From Candidatus Woesearchaeota archaeon (GTDB lineage: Archaea > Nanobdellota > Nanobdellia > Woesearchaeales > JABIAG01), in contig JABIAG010000001.1 in NCBI GenBank assembly GCA_018653365.1, positions 326,951-390,950 of the forward strand: a DNA stretch of 64,000 bases, given 5' to 3'. The position numbers were made by a program, and so were the translations under genes. The notes under the pieces are model-generated. The model searched no databases and was not told the DNA's origin. It was given only the letters and a program-made list of their open reading frames with translations. Positions 1-9,626 of this stretch are shown here, piece after piece. Positions within the stretch are counted from its first letter, which is position 1. Each line of letters starts with the position of its first letter.

Positions 1-271
1 GAGGTTTGTTATCTATAACAACAAATGTACAACCAATTTTTTCTTTTCTACTTGGACGAGTATTCACACCAACCTTGGCTTGGACTTTGCCCGAATTAAC
101 AGAAACAATATCTGTTCTTTGCTCTAAATCATAATACTGTTGTAACCCTTCTTTCAAACCAGTAATTTTTAGGTAGTCCTTATCAACATCTCGTTCATCA
201 ACATCTCCAGTAGAAATTTTACCATCAACAGAAGAAATCATAAACAATGTGTTAAAAGTTCGGAGTTTCAT
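1..271 (-). CDS. N-terminal part of a RibD C-terminal-domain-like reductase (dihydrofolate reductase-like fold); the gene continues beyond the window start
   Basis: Minus-strand ATG at 269-271. Translation MKLRTFNTLFMISSVDGKISTG... resembles the RibD_C/DHFR-like N-terminus. Truncated by the window edge. Confidence 0.4.
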   Translation of the reverse strand, partial: MKLRTFNTLFMISSVDGKISTGDVDERDVDKDYLKITGLKEGLQQYYDLEQRTDIVSVNSGKVQAKVGVNTRPSRKEKIGCTFVVIDNKP

Positions 272-312
272 TTTTAATAAAAAAATAAGAGAACACAACT
301 TTAATAATGTTT

Positions 313-522
313 CTATAACACAATTCCAAATAAAGAAATTAGTAAAAGAACAATACCTGCAATTATCAATCCAAAACCAGTTATTCTAACAGTAAATTCA
401 CGAGAACCAATTCCCACAACACGAATCCATCTTTGTGTTGCAATCCATCCCGCGAATGGAATGAGAATAAAACCAATAACTATGAATAATATGCTTCCAA
501 TAAATTGTTCTGCAAGAGTCAT
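313..522 (-). CDS. small hydrophobic membrane protein (2 TM), hypothetical
   Basis: 69-aa ORF, strongly hydrophobic. 4-nt overlap with the SRP54 start, suggesting an operon. Confidence 0.3.
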   Translation of the reverse strand: MTLAEQFIGSILFIVIGFILIPFAGWIATQRWIRVVGIGSREFTVRITGFGLIIAGIVLLLISLFGIVL

Positions 523-1865
523 AACTTAATATTAGCTCCTTGTAATTTTTTCATCATGTTCTGCATCTTCTTTTCACTACCGCCCATGTTCTTCATTAAC
601 TTCTTACTTTGTTTGTATTGTTTAAGAAGTTCACGAACTTCATGAGTAGAGGTACCTGCACCTTTAGCAATTCTCTCAACTCTATCACCAGTAATAACCT
701 TGTCCGGTTCTTCAAGCTCTTCTTTAGTACAAGAATCCATTATAAACCGCCACTTCTTTAACTTACCTTCTTGAACTTGTAAAGCCTCTTTAGGCATCTT
801 AACCTGAGACATTCCAGGAATCATCTCCATTACCTTAGACATAGGGCCCATCTTCTTCATAGCCTGCATTTGTTCATATAAATCAATTAAGTTGAACTCT
901 CCCTTTAGTAATTTCTTTCCCAAATCTTGAGCTTCTTCCTCATCAATAGCATCTTTGGCCTTATCCATTAAAGCCTCAATATCACCCATGCCAAGAATTC
1001 TAGAAACAAAACCAGGTGGATTAAATATTTCTAAATCATCAACTTTTTCACCAACCCCAATGAATTTGATCGGGGCTTTAGTGATTGAACAAGCAGTTAA
1101 AGCACCGCCACCTTTAGCAGTACCCTCCATTTTAGTAACTACAACACCAGTAATTCCACAACTTTCATGAAATTGTTCAGCTTGCTTCTGAGCAGCCTGA
1201 CCAATATCTGCAGAAATAATTAACAATTTTTCTTGAGGTTGAACCGCTTTAGTAATATCCTCAATTTCCTTAATTAACTCATCAGAAAGAGCATCTCTAC
1301 CTGCAGTATCAACAATAACAAGATCATACTCTGAAATTTTCTTTTCAACATTCTTCCAAAGTTTCAATGGATTCTTTTCTTTTAAATCAATAAAAGAGTC
1401 AACCTGAGCAGACTTTGCAACCTGTTCTAGTTGCTTCATCGCAGCAGGTCTCCAAACATCTAAACCCACAACACAAACCTTCTTCCCACGTTTCTTATAA
1501 TATTTCGCTAGTTTACCAGTTGTAGTAGTCTTACCACTTCCAAACAAACCAACCAACATAATCTTAGCAGACTTAGTATTTATGTCTAATTCCTTTTTTT
1601 CTTCACCAAGAAATTTCACTAACTCTTCATAAACAATTTTAACAAGAACTTCCTTCTTGTTTAAACCAGGAGAATCATCTTTTAAAGCACGTTTCTTAAT
1701 CTCTTGAGTAAGTTCAAGAACCAGTTTAACATTAACATCAGATTGTAATAATGCCTTTTGGATCTCTTTAATAACTTCATTAATTAGTTTTTCATCTACA
1801 AAAATAGCTTTAGTGATCTTACTCAAAGTATCTTTTAAACTACTACCTAATTTTTCTAATACCAT
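519..1865 (-). CDS. srp54: signal recognition particle protein SRP54
   Basis: 448 aa. GTPase motifs GLFGSGKTTT, DTAGR, TKMEG. M-domain is Met-rich at the C-terminus. Archaeal-type N-terminus. Confidence 0.9.
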   Translation of the reverse strand: MVLEKLGSSLKDTLSKITKAIFVDEKLINEVIKEIQKALLQSDVNVKLVLELTQEIKKRALKDDSPGLNKKEVLVKIVYEELVKFLGEEKKELDINTKSAKIMLVGLFGSGKTTTTGKLAKYYKKRGKKVCVVGLDVWRPAAMKQLEQVAKSAQVDSFIDLKEKNPLKLWKNVEKKISEYDLVIVDTAGRDALSDELIKEIEDITKAVQPQEKLLIISADIGQAAQKQAEQFHESCGITGVVVTKMEGTAKGGGALTACSITKAPIKFIGVGEKVDDLEIFNPPGFVSRILGMGDIEALMDKAKDAIDEEEAQDLGKKLLKGEFNLIDLYEQMQAMKKMGPMSKVMEMIPGMSQVKMPKEALQVQEGKLKKWRFIMDSCTKEELEEPDKVITGDRVERIAKGAGTSTHEVRELLKQYKQSKKLMKNMGGSEKKMQNMMKKLQGANIKL

Positions 1866-1906
1866 AACTAAGATTAAAGAATAATATGTTTATAAAGGTT
1901 ATTGGG

Positions 1907-2530
1907 TTATCTATAATCTGATCTTTTTCTTATGACTGGACGTTTAGAACTAACTCTTTTAGCAGCGTTTGTAAGATATTCTGGAAATTCAAATGTTGAA
2001 TCTTCATCTCGGTTCCATAACTGACAATTTCGTCCTACACCCACATACTCAAGAAAATCATCAACAAATTCTGCTTGGGATGTTTCTAATCGTTTAATGG
2101 CACTAATTCTTATTTCAGCTCCTAATCTTGAATTACCTGCTCGTTCAATATTCTTCCAAGTACCAAGTATGCTTGTTGCTTCCTGTCTTAATGCTGAATC
2201 GTATTTCCACATTCCAACTATGTTTTTAGCAGTAGCAACATAAGTTAAAAAGCGTCTTGCTTCAAAATGATTAGTCTGGCCGATTTCGCTTAACTCCACT
2301 AGTTTATCTCTAGAATTTAAATATGAATTGTTAACTGATTTGATATTCTCCCAAACTCCATTTAATGTGATTTCAATAAGTTCAATCTCTCTACGACCTT
2401 GTTCAAGAACTTCTTCCCTATTAGTTTCAGTGAGTCTATCTTCCGAACGATGCCTAATTGTTCTTTCTGCCTGATTCAAAACTGCCTTAATTCTAGCAGC
2501 TCTCTTTCGTTTATCCCATGGATTTCCCAT
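1907..2530 (-). CDS. hypothetical protein (composition-atypical, R/E/A-rich)
   Basis: 207-aa ORF. No recognisable motif. Amino-acid composition unlike neighbouring K/I/N-rich proteins. Confidence 0.4.
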   Translation of the reverse strand: MGNPWDKRKRAARIKAVLNQAERTIRHRSEDRLTETNREEVLEQGRREIELIEITLNGVWENIKSVNNSYLNSRDKLVELSEIGQTNHFEARRFLTYVATAKNIVGMWKYDSALRQEATSILGTWKNIERAGNSRLGAEIRISAIKRLETSQAEFVDDFLEYVGVGRNCQLWNRDEDSTFEFPEYLTNAAKRVSSKRPVIRKRSDYR

Positions 2531-2627
2531 TTTAAACTTAGAGAGAAAGAATAGCTTAAAAAGCTTTCTTTATAAAGAACTACTGTAAAATAACAATATT
2601 TAAATACGCTAATACCGTAATTTAAGC

Positions 2628-3257
2628 ATGATTATCGAATGGCTAGGTCATGCCAGTATAAAGATAAAAACCAAAGACAAAGTAATATACATCGATCCTT
2701 ATTCTGGAGATTATACAAATGCAGAAAAAGCAGACATAATCTTAATAACACACTCACACTATGACCATTTCTCCAAAGAAAAAATATCACAAATAATGGC
2801 AGATGATACAATAATTGTAGCTCCTCTTACTGTTGGAACACAAATAGAAACCGAACTAATGAAAAACGGCGACAAAAAAGAAATAAACGGACTAAATATT
2901 GAAGCAGTACCCGCATACAATGTGACCAAATCATTTCATCCAAAAGGAGAAGGAAACGGGTACATATTTGAAATTGAGGGAAAAAAGATTTACTATTCTG
3001 GCGATACTGATTTAATACCTGAAATGAATTTAATGGAAGCAGACCTAGTCTTATTACCTATTGGGGGAACGTACACAATGGATGCAGAAGAAGCAGCATC
3101 AGTTGCAAAAGTAATCGGACCCGATCTAGCAATTCCAATCCATTGGGGAGAAATCGTGGGACACGAAGATGACGCACAACAATTCAAAGAAGAAATAATT
3201 AATGATACTGAAATAGAGGTTAAAATAATTAAACCTGGCGAAAGTATAGAATTCTGA
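2628..3257 (+). CDS. metallo-beta-lactamase-fold metal-dependent hydrolase
   Basis: ILITHSHYDHF (HxHxDH) motif, plus downstream His/Asp ligands. Confidence 0.7.
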   Translation: MIIEWLGHASIKIKTKDKVIYIDPYSGDYTNAEKADIILITHSHYDHFSKEKISQIMADDTIIVAPLTVGTQIETELMKNGDKKEINGLNIEAVPAYNVTKSFHPKGEGNGYIFEIEGKKIYYSGDTDLIPEMNLMEADLVLLPIGGTYTMDAEEAASVAKVIGPDLAIPIHWGEIVGHEDDAQQFKEEIINDTEIEVKIIKPGESIEF

Positions 3258-3361
3258 TATTAAGTCTTTTTTAAATTCGAAAAACTATTGTTCTACTTAA
3301 CAACAATGTTTAAAAAAGAATCTATGAGAAGAACAATATAAAAATTTGAAGGTGATAAAAA

Positions 3362-4537
3362 ATGGCATTTGAAAATGGAATATTTACTTCTGAAAGCGTA
3401 ACTGAAGGACATCCTGATAAGGTATGTGATCAAATTTCTGACGGGGTAGTTGATGCAGCGCTAGCACAAGATCCTGGAGCGCGAGTTGCGTGTGAGACCT
3501 CAGCAAAGGGAAATAATGTACTTTTGGCAGGAGAAATAACTTGTGATGGTGAGTTTGATGGAGAAATGATAGTAAAAAGCACTTTGGAAGACATTGGATA
3601 TGACCGAGATGAATTTGGAACAAACTGGGAAAATACCCAGGTTACACAATGGTTGACACAACAATCTCCGGATATTTCACAAGGTGTATCTTTAGGACAA
3701 GGCTTGTATGAAGAACAAGGTGCGGGCGATCAAGGGATGATGTTTGGATATGCATGTAATGACACTCCTGAATTAATGCCTTTACCAATTGCATTAGCTC
3801 AACGGCTAGCAAGACGATTAACCGACGTGAGAAAAACTAATGTAGTGGGGTATTTAGGACCTGATGGAAAATCACAAGTATCTGTTGTGTATAGTGCGGG
3901 AAGACCTGTAAGATTATCAAATGTTGTAATTTCAACACAACATCTTCCTGATGCAGAACACGGTCAAATAGTTGAGGATATGGCAAATTATGTAATCTCT
4001 GAGGTGTGTCATGGATGGATGGATGATGATACAATAATTCATGTAAATCCTACTGGAAGATTTGTATTGGGGGGACCTTTTGCAGATGCTGGATTGACCG
4101 GAAGAAAAATTATAGTAGATACCTATGGTGGAATGGGAAGGCATGGAGGGGGAGCATTTTCAGGAAAAGACCCTTCTAAAGTAGACCGTTCTGGAGCTTA
4201 TGCAGCAAGATTCATTGCAAAAAATGTTGTCGCAGCTAACTTAGCTGATAAGGCTGAAGTCCAAATAGCATTTGCTATAGGTGTAGCAGATCCTGTCTCT
4301 ATAGCAATCGAAACATATGGAACCGAACGTGTGTGTCCGGAAAAGCTAGAACGTGTTGTGAGGGAAACTTTTCCTGTGAAACCTGCAGATATACTGAGTC
4401 ATTTTGATTTAAGAGAACCACATCAAAATGGGTGGTCTTATAAGGACACTGCAGCATATGGACATTTTGGAAGAACTGATGTTGCGTTTCCTTGGGAAAG
4501 TACAGAAAAGGTAGCAGAATTAATTCGGAGATTTTAA
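3362..4537 (+). CDS. metK: S-adenosylmethionine synthetase, bacterial/eukaryotic type
   Basis: 391 aa. N-terminal FTSESVTEGHPDKVCDQISD, GHPDK signature, and the C-terminal glycine-rich MetK motifs. Confidence 0.9.
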   Translation: MAFENGIFTSESVTEGHPDKVCDQISDGVVDAALAQDPGARVACETSAKGNNVLLAGEITCDGEFDGEMIVKSTLEDIGYDRDEFGTNWENTQVTQWLTQQSPDISQGVSLGQGLYEEQGAGDQGMMFGYACNDTPELMPLPIALAQRLARRLTDVRKTNVVGYLGPDGKSQVSVVYSAGRPVRLSNVVISTQHLPDAEHGQIVEDMANYVISEVCHGWMDDDTIIHVNPTGRFVLGGPFADAGLTGRKIIVDTYGGMGRHGGGAFSGKDPSKVDRSGAYAARFIAKNVVAANLADKAEVQIAFAIGVADPVSIAIETYGTERVCPEKLERVVRETFPVKPADILSHFDLREPHQNGWSYKDTAAYGHFGRTDVAFPWESTEKVAELIRRF

Positions 4538-5664
4538 AGCCGTTTGTAAGAAGCATGCATCAACCTTAACATTTTTTTTATTTTTTTATCTTTTATTTTA
4601 AAGAAAAGCACAATTCGAATAAGTTGATAAGCCAACCTAACCTTAAACGGAGGTGGAGAATCATCCATTAAAGTCTCTGCTAATTGATTACTAGGAATAT
4701 TAAAATATTTTTCAAACTTTCTATTACTAAACCCTAAAACTATTGCAGTAGTAGCCATAATACTGCACTTAAGAGTATTACCCAAACTTTCTTTCCAAGC
4801 CAATTCATAATCTCTCATTTTACCTTTATTGTTAAGAACTCCACTAATAGTTTCAGCCGCAAGCTTTCCTGATTTTAAAGCAAGATAAATGCCCTCGCCA
4901 GTACCCGCACATGTTAATCCGGCAGCATCACCACACACTAACATTCGATTCGTATAAGTTTTTTTGATTGGGCCAGTAGTTGGAAAAGATCCACCAAAAG
5001 ATAATTTTCCTTCAAGACGTATACTAAATTTATCTAGTGAATCATAAAAAACATCTTTAATATTTAGATCAGAAAAGGGAAATATGCCAATCCCTGCATT
5101 AACTAAACTACCTTTAGGGAAAGACCAAGAACACGAATAAGTGCTTGGATCAAAGAAAAAAGACAAGTTATCACTCTTAGCTCCTTTAAACAATCCTCCC
5201 ACACAAGGAACTAAACAGGGGGGTTGGCTAAGAAGTTTAAACTTTTTTTGAATACCATAATGAATTCCATAAGCAAGCACAACATACTTTGCTTCAATAC
5301 TTCCTTTATTTGTTAATATCTCTAAATGAGTTTCATGTTCAACTAGGTCCTTGCAAAAAGTTTCAAGTTGAATATTTAATCCATTAGCTAACCACTGTTC
5401 AAATTTTGGACGATTAAGCATAATATAAGAAAGATCAAAGGTTCTCTTACTTTTACCAACAACAACATCTAATTTTTTACATTCATTCTCTACAAAGGGA
5501 TAATCTGTGTGTTGAAATAATTCTTTAAAACCTTTAGTTCTGATACCTTCACCACATCGTAAAGGCAGTCCTATTTTTTTACGAGAATCAATAACTAAAC
5601 AATTTAATTGCTTAGCAGCCATCAAGCCTGCAATCCCTGCACCAATAACTACAACATCATACAT
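4534..5664 (-). CDS. geranylgeranyl reductase family FAD-dependent oxidoreductase (archaeal lipid saturation)
   Basis: N-terminal Rossmann motif MYDVVVIGAGIAGL. Length about 376 aa, typical of archaeal GGR. Confidence 0.7.
   Translation of the reverse strand: MYDVVVIGAGIAGLMAAKQLNCLVIDSRKKIGLPLRCGEGIRTKGFKELFQHTDYPFVENECKKLDVVVGKSKRTFDLSYIMLNRPKFEQWLANGLNIQLETFCKDLVEHETHLEILTNKGSIEAKYVVLAYGIHYGIQKKFKLLSQPPCLVPCVGGLFKGAKSDNLSFFFDPSTYSCSWSFPKGSLVNAGIGIFPFSDLNIKDVFYDSLDKFSIRLEGKLSFGGSFPTTGPIKKTYTNRMLVCGDAAGLTCAGTGEGIYLALKSGKLAAETISGVLNNKGKMRDYELAWKESLGNTLKCSIMATTAIVLGFSNRKFEKYFNIPSNQLAETLMDDSPPPFKVRLAYQLIRIVLFFKIKDKKIKKMLRLMHASYKRL
4560..4600. terminator. T/A-rich bidirectional terminator region between convergent metK and GGR
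   Basis: TTTTTTTTATTTTTTTATCTTTTATTTT tract between convergent stops. Confidence 0.35.
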
Positions 5665-5689
5665 TATAAATAAAGAAAAAAGAGGTTAG

Positions 5690-7582
5690 TTAAAGCTTTT
5701 TCGCTTTCATCTCTTTAACAACCCGTTTAGCAAACTCTTCACTCTTAACAGCACCCTCAACCTGATTATCTCTGGTTCGTACAGTAACAGTTTTATCCTT
5801 AATTTCCTTTTCACCAACAACTAAGATATAATTATAATGTTGAAGTTCAGCATCCCGTACTTTTCTTGAAATACTCTCGGTTCGACCATCTACATCCGCC
5901 CTAATTCCCACTTCACGGAAAGATTGAGCAACCTTGTCAGCATATTCTTGAAATCGATCTGCCACAGGAAGAATCACAACCTGATTTGGATTTAACCATA
6001 ATGGAAACTTGCCAGAATAGTGTTCAACTAAAATTCCCATAAATCTTTCTAAACTACCATACACTGTTCTGTGAAGCATGATTGGACGGTGTTTTTTACC
6101 ATCTTTACCTTCATAAGACAAATCAAAGTTTTCAGGTTGAGCCATATCAAACTGAATTGTTCCACACTGCCAAGTTCTACCAATCGCATCCTTTAAATGA
6201 AAATCGATTTTAGGACCATAGAATGCACCATCTCCTGGATTAAGCGTGTAATCTATCTTAACCTTTTCTAGTGCTTTTTTAAGAGCATCTTCAGCAATCT
6301 TCCATTGTTCGTCAGTTCCAATACTTTTACTTGGGCGAGTTGAAAGTTCAACACTATACTCAAAACCAAATAGCTTGTAAAACTTATCTTCTAGGTTAAT
6401 GATATTGATAATTTCTTGTTCAACCTCTTCAGGAGTTGAATAAATATGTGCATCATCCTGAGTGAACACTCTTACTCTAAATAATCCATTAAGAACTCCT
6501 GACTTTTCATGACGATGAACAGTGCCAAGCTCACCAACTCTCATTGGTAAATCGCGGTATGAACGGATCTTAGTTTTGTAGATAAGCATTCCTCCCGGGC
6601 AGTTCATTGGTTTGATTGCATAGTCTTCATTATCAACTTTAGAGATATACATGTTTTCTTTATAATTATTCCAATGTCCAGATTGTTCCCACAAAAATTG
6701 TTTTAACATAATTGGAGTTTGAATTTCAACATAACCTGCTTTGGTGTGTTCTTTTCTCCAATAATCTACCAAAGTGTTCTTAATTACCATGCCTTTAGGA
6801 TGAAAAAAAGGAAAACCTGGACCTTCTTCATGAAAACTATACAAATCAAGATGCTTACCTATCTTAATATGATTACGTTTTTCTGCCTCTTCTAACAAAT
6901 TCAAATGTTGTTTTAGGAGTTTCTTATCTGGAAATGCAATACCATAAATTCGTTGCAAAGAATCATTCTCTGCATTACCCTTCCAATAAGCAGCAGAAGT
7001 TTTTGTTAACTTAATTGATTTAATGTATTTAGTGGACGGAACGTGCGGTCCTCTACACAAATCTCGAAAGTTATCATTAGTGTAAATAGTTAAATTATCT
7101 TTGTATTCTTGAATAAGCTCAAGTTTGTATTTATTATCCTTAAACATGTCTTCCGCTTCGCTCTTAGAAACTGAAACCTTAACAAAAGGAATATCTGCTT
7201 CAATAATTTCTTTTATCTTAGCTTCAATTTTTTCAAGATCTTCAGGTCTAAATGGTTCTGAAGCAAAGTCATAATAAAAACCATTATCTATTGCAGGGCC
7301 CATAGTTAGCTTAGCATCCGGATACAAACTTTTAACAGCCATAGCTAAAATGTGGGCAGAAGAGTGCCAGAATACCTGTTTGCCCTCTTCATCATTGAAT
7401 GTTAATATTGATACTTTAGAATCTTCAGTAATTGGAGTTGTTAAATCAGTAGTGGTATCATTAATTTTAATCGCTAAAGCATCTTTAGCTAATCGTTCAC
7501 CAATACTCTGCGCAACTTCTAATCCAGTAATTCCTGAATCGAATTCTTTTTTACTTCCATCGGGAAATTCTATATTTATCAT
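5690..7582 (-). CDS. thrS: threonyl-tRNA synthetase (bacterial-type, with N-terminal TGS domain)
   Basis: 630 aa. TGS-like N-terminus (MINIEFPDGSKKEF). Class II aaRS core, and an editing domain with HxxxH/CxxxH motifs. Confidence 0.9.
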   Translation of the reverse strand: MINIEFPDGSKKEFDSGITGLEVAQSIGERLAKDALAIKINDTTTDLTTPITEDSKVSILTFNDEEGKQVFWHSSAHILAMAVKSLYPDAKLTMGPAIDNGFYYDFASEPFRPEDLEKIEAKIKEIIEADIPFVKVSVSKSEAEDMFKDNKYKLELIQEYKDNLTIYTNDNFRDLCRGPHVPSTKYIKSIKLTKTSAAYWKGNAENDSLQRIYGIAFPDKKLLKQHLNLLEEAEKRNHIKIGKHLDLYSFHEEGPGFPFFHPKGMVIKNTLVDYWRKEHTKAGYVEIQTPIMLKQFLWEQSGHWNNYKENMYISKVDNEDYAIKPMNCPGGMLIYKTKIRSYRDLPMRVGELGTVHRHEKSGVLNGLFRVRVFTQDDAHIYSTPEEVEQEIINIINLEDKFYKLFGFEYSVELSTRPSKSIGTDEQWKIAEDALKKALEKVKIDYTLNPGDGAFYGPKIDFHLKDAIGRTWQCGTIQFDMAQPENFDLSYEGKDGKKHRPIMLHRTVYGSLERFMGILVEHYSGKFPLWLNPNQVVILPVADRFQEYADKVAQSFREVGIRADVDGRTESISRKVRDAELQHYNYILVVGEKEIKDKTVTVRTRDNQVEGAVKSEEFAKRVVKEMKAKKL

Positions 7583-7629
7583 TGTAAACTAAAGAAAAAG
7601 AAATTGATTAATAAATTTAACTATTACTT

Positions 7630-8235
7630 TTAATTATTGAGGGAATAGCGTAATTCAATTTCAGCTATTTCTGCAATACGCTCATTAAGGGTTTCAGTAC
7701 TTAAAACTGGAAATCCATGTTTTGAATGACTGAAGGAAGCTCGTGGAGTGTTTAATTGGTCCATTCTTTCAGAAAGTTTGCTTGCAGTAGCGTACTGTGT
7801 TTTTGCACGTTCAAGAACGATTCTGCTTCTTTCATTATGGCCGCGAGTTTCAAGTGTATGAGCAAGTCTCATATTATAAAGAGCAGCATGACAAATTCCA
7901 CTAAATTGAAGTACGATCGCTTCATCAATGTTTGCCTCACTTGCACCTTTACTTCTTAATTTGGCTTCTGCAATACGTGCACGAGCCCAGGCAGTTTTAA
8001 ATTTTTGAACTGCTAAAGCGGTATGTTCAATACAGTCTTTTGTAGAAATGTAGCCTGTAGGAGTGGCTTTTCCTTCCCCAATAAGCTGACCAATACCATC
8101 TAAACAGACATCATAACGTGGTTCAACTCGCTCTTGTTTAGGTGTTGCAGGTGTTGCAACTTCTTCAACTTTTGGAGCACAGCCTGTTAAAAAGGTAATA
8201 AGTCCTAAGCTTGTTATTAATCGTCTATTCATCAT
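7630..8235 (-). CDS. putative lipoprotein, hypothetical (composition-atypical)
   Basis: Signal peptide with lipobox-like LTGC. A/R-rich mature protein with 4 Cys. Last gene of a 3-gene operon, overlapping the upstream gene by 1 nt. Confidence 0.45.
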   Translation of the reverse strand: MMNRRLITSLGLITFLTGCAPKVEEVATPATPKQERVEPRYDVCLDGIGQLIGEGKATPTGYISTKDCIEHTALAVQKFKTAWARARIAEAKLRSKGASEANIDEAIVLQFSGICHAALYNMRLAHTLETRGHNERSRIVLERAKTQYATASKLSERMDQLNTPRASFSHSKHGFPVLSTETLNERIAEIAEIELRYSLNN

Positions 8236-8975
8236 TATCTCCAGACTAATGTGTCAACATTGTCTCTTTTTCCCTCGGTGTGACCCGCTTCTATAAGGGT
8301 ACTTAACGTCCAATTTGGCGCGGATGATATTTTTGAGCCAGTCTCACTAAAAGTTTTAGCCTTACCTGTATAGGTTCGATTCTCTCCTTCGGGAGAGGTA
8401 ACCTCTACAGAATAACTAAATGTAGATCCCATTTGGTTTCCAATAAGTGTTTGCTCGGGTTTGTTAGAGTGAATTGTAAGTGTTGCATTAGGAAATTCAA
8501 ATTTTTGACCATCTGCGGCAGCCATAATTAAGGGATCTAAATAAAGCATCCAAGATCTAATTCTTATTCTTCTTCGATCTTCTTCTGGTTGACGTTGATA
8601 AGCCTCGGTGGCAGTATATGCTGGAACTAGATGTGTTAGTGCCGCAGCACATCTTCGCCAATTATTTGTAAGTAGACTGGAGTCTACTTCGTTTTCTAAA
8701 GATGTAAGTAAATGAAATTGGGGTGATTGAGTGTTAGAAACATTAACAAGTTTAGCATATTGGGAAGGGTCCATTGGATTTTTGAGTTCATCACCTTTAA
8801 GACAATTATGATGAAAGTTTCCCCAAGCAAGCGCGGTTAAAATTGGTGCAGAAACAGCAACGATTACGCTTCCGATTGTGAGATTTCTTCTAAATATTCT
8901 TTTTTGCTCTGCTTTTTCTTCTGCTTGATCTCTTCGTTGAGCTTCTCTGCTTCCTGGACTAAATTCTTTATGCAT
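8235..8975 (-). CDS. membrane-anchored hypothetical protein (one N-terminal TM, large extracytoplasmic domain)
   Basis: 246 aa. Charged N-terminus, then TM LTIGSVIVAVSAPILTALAW. Composition-atypical. Confidence 0.4.
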   Translation of the reverse strand: MHKEFSPGSREAQRRDQAEEKAEQKRIFRRNLTIGSVIVAVSAPILTALAWGNFHHNCLKGDELKNPMDPSQYAKLVNVSNTQSPQFHLLTSLENEVDSSLLTNNWRRCAAALTHLVPAYTATEAYQRQPEEDRRRIRIRSWMLYLDPLIMAAADGQKFEFPNATLTIHSNKPEQTLIGNQMGSTFSYSVEVTSPEGENRTYTGKAKTFSETGSKISSAPNWTLSTLIEAGHTEGKRDNVDTLVWR

Positions 8976-8980
8976 TTTAG

Positions 8981-9385
8981 TTACCCCATTGAGTTTTCAC
9001 GAGCCCAATTTTCTTCATTAGGATCTCTATATTCACTTAAGTAACCCATCATACGTCTACCTACTTCTCCACTAGATGCATTTGCTGTTGCTTCTGCAAC
9101 ACAAAGGTTAACACCTCTTGGAATTACTACGGATTCTTCTTTGGGTACTTGAATTCCATATGCTTCTGCAATTCTTAAAGCATCTGATCTAAATCTAGGA
9201 TCGGTAATGTATTCGGTTATAAATAATTGTGCCATTTCATGATTTGGTAATCTTTGTTTAAGTGCACTTTTAAGGTTTACAACTGCAACGACTGGACTAC
9301 CAAGAACGGTATCTCTATCAACACTTCTTTCTAATTTAAGTTTTAGTTGTCTGGCCCGTTCGGGGTCAAATTTTGTGTTTGCCAT
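8981..9385 (-). CDS. hypothetical cytoplasmic protein (first gene of a 3-gene operon)
   Basis: 134-aa ORF, R/A-rich, no motif recognised. Preceded by a GC-rich palindromic leader. Confidence 0.4.
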   Translation of the reverse strand: MANTKFDPERARQLKLKLERSVDRDTVLGSPVVAVVNLKSALKQRLPNHEMAQLFITEYITDPRFRSDALRIAEAYGIQVPKEESVVIPRGVNLCVAEATANASSGEVGRRMMGYLSEYRDPNEENWARENSMG

Positions 9386-9419
9386 TTTGTGTATGTTTTA
9401 TTTTTTTTAAGTATAAAAA

Positions 9420-9545
9420 GGTTCCGTGCACATTTGAATGTACACGGAGATGTTTGAAAGTGGGTTTGCCCGGAAGAAATCGAGTGTGGGGGGATCAATT
9501 CCGGGCGACAAGCCTAGGCTTGTACCTATTAGTAGGTAGTGAATA
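9420..9545. other. GC-rich intergenic segment with four hairpin-forming palindromes (candidate structured RNA or operator cluster)
   Basis: TCCGTGCACATT/AATGTACACGGA, GCCCGGAA(23 nt)TTCCGGGC, CAAGCC-TA-GGCTTG, TACCTA-TTAG-TAGGTA. All lie within a divergent promoter region. Confidence 0.3.
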
Positions 9546-9626
9546 ACTGATATATAAATGTTTTGCTTTTATGCTACTATTGAGTGGTAAATCTTATTTA
9601 TATAGTTGTTTTTGAAATAATGCCCT

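Noticed and set aside
3258-3361. SAM riboswitch upstream of the bacterial-type metK
   Set aside because: The leader is short and AT-rich, with no conserved SAM-I/II/III helices recognisable by eye. It was probably not transferred with the gene.
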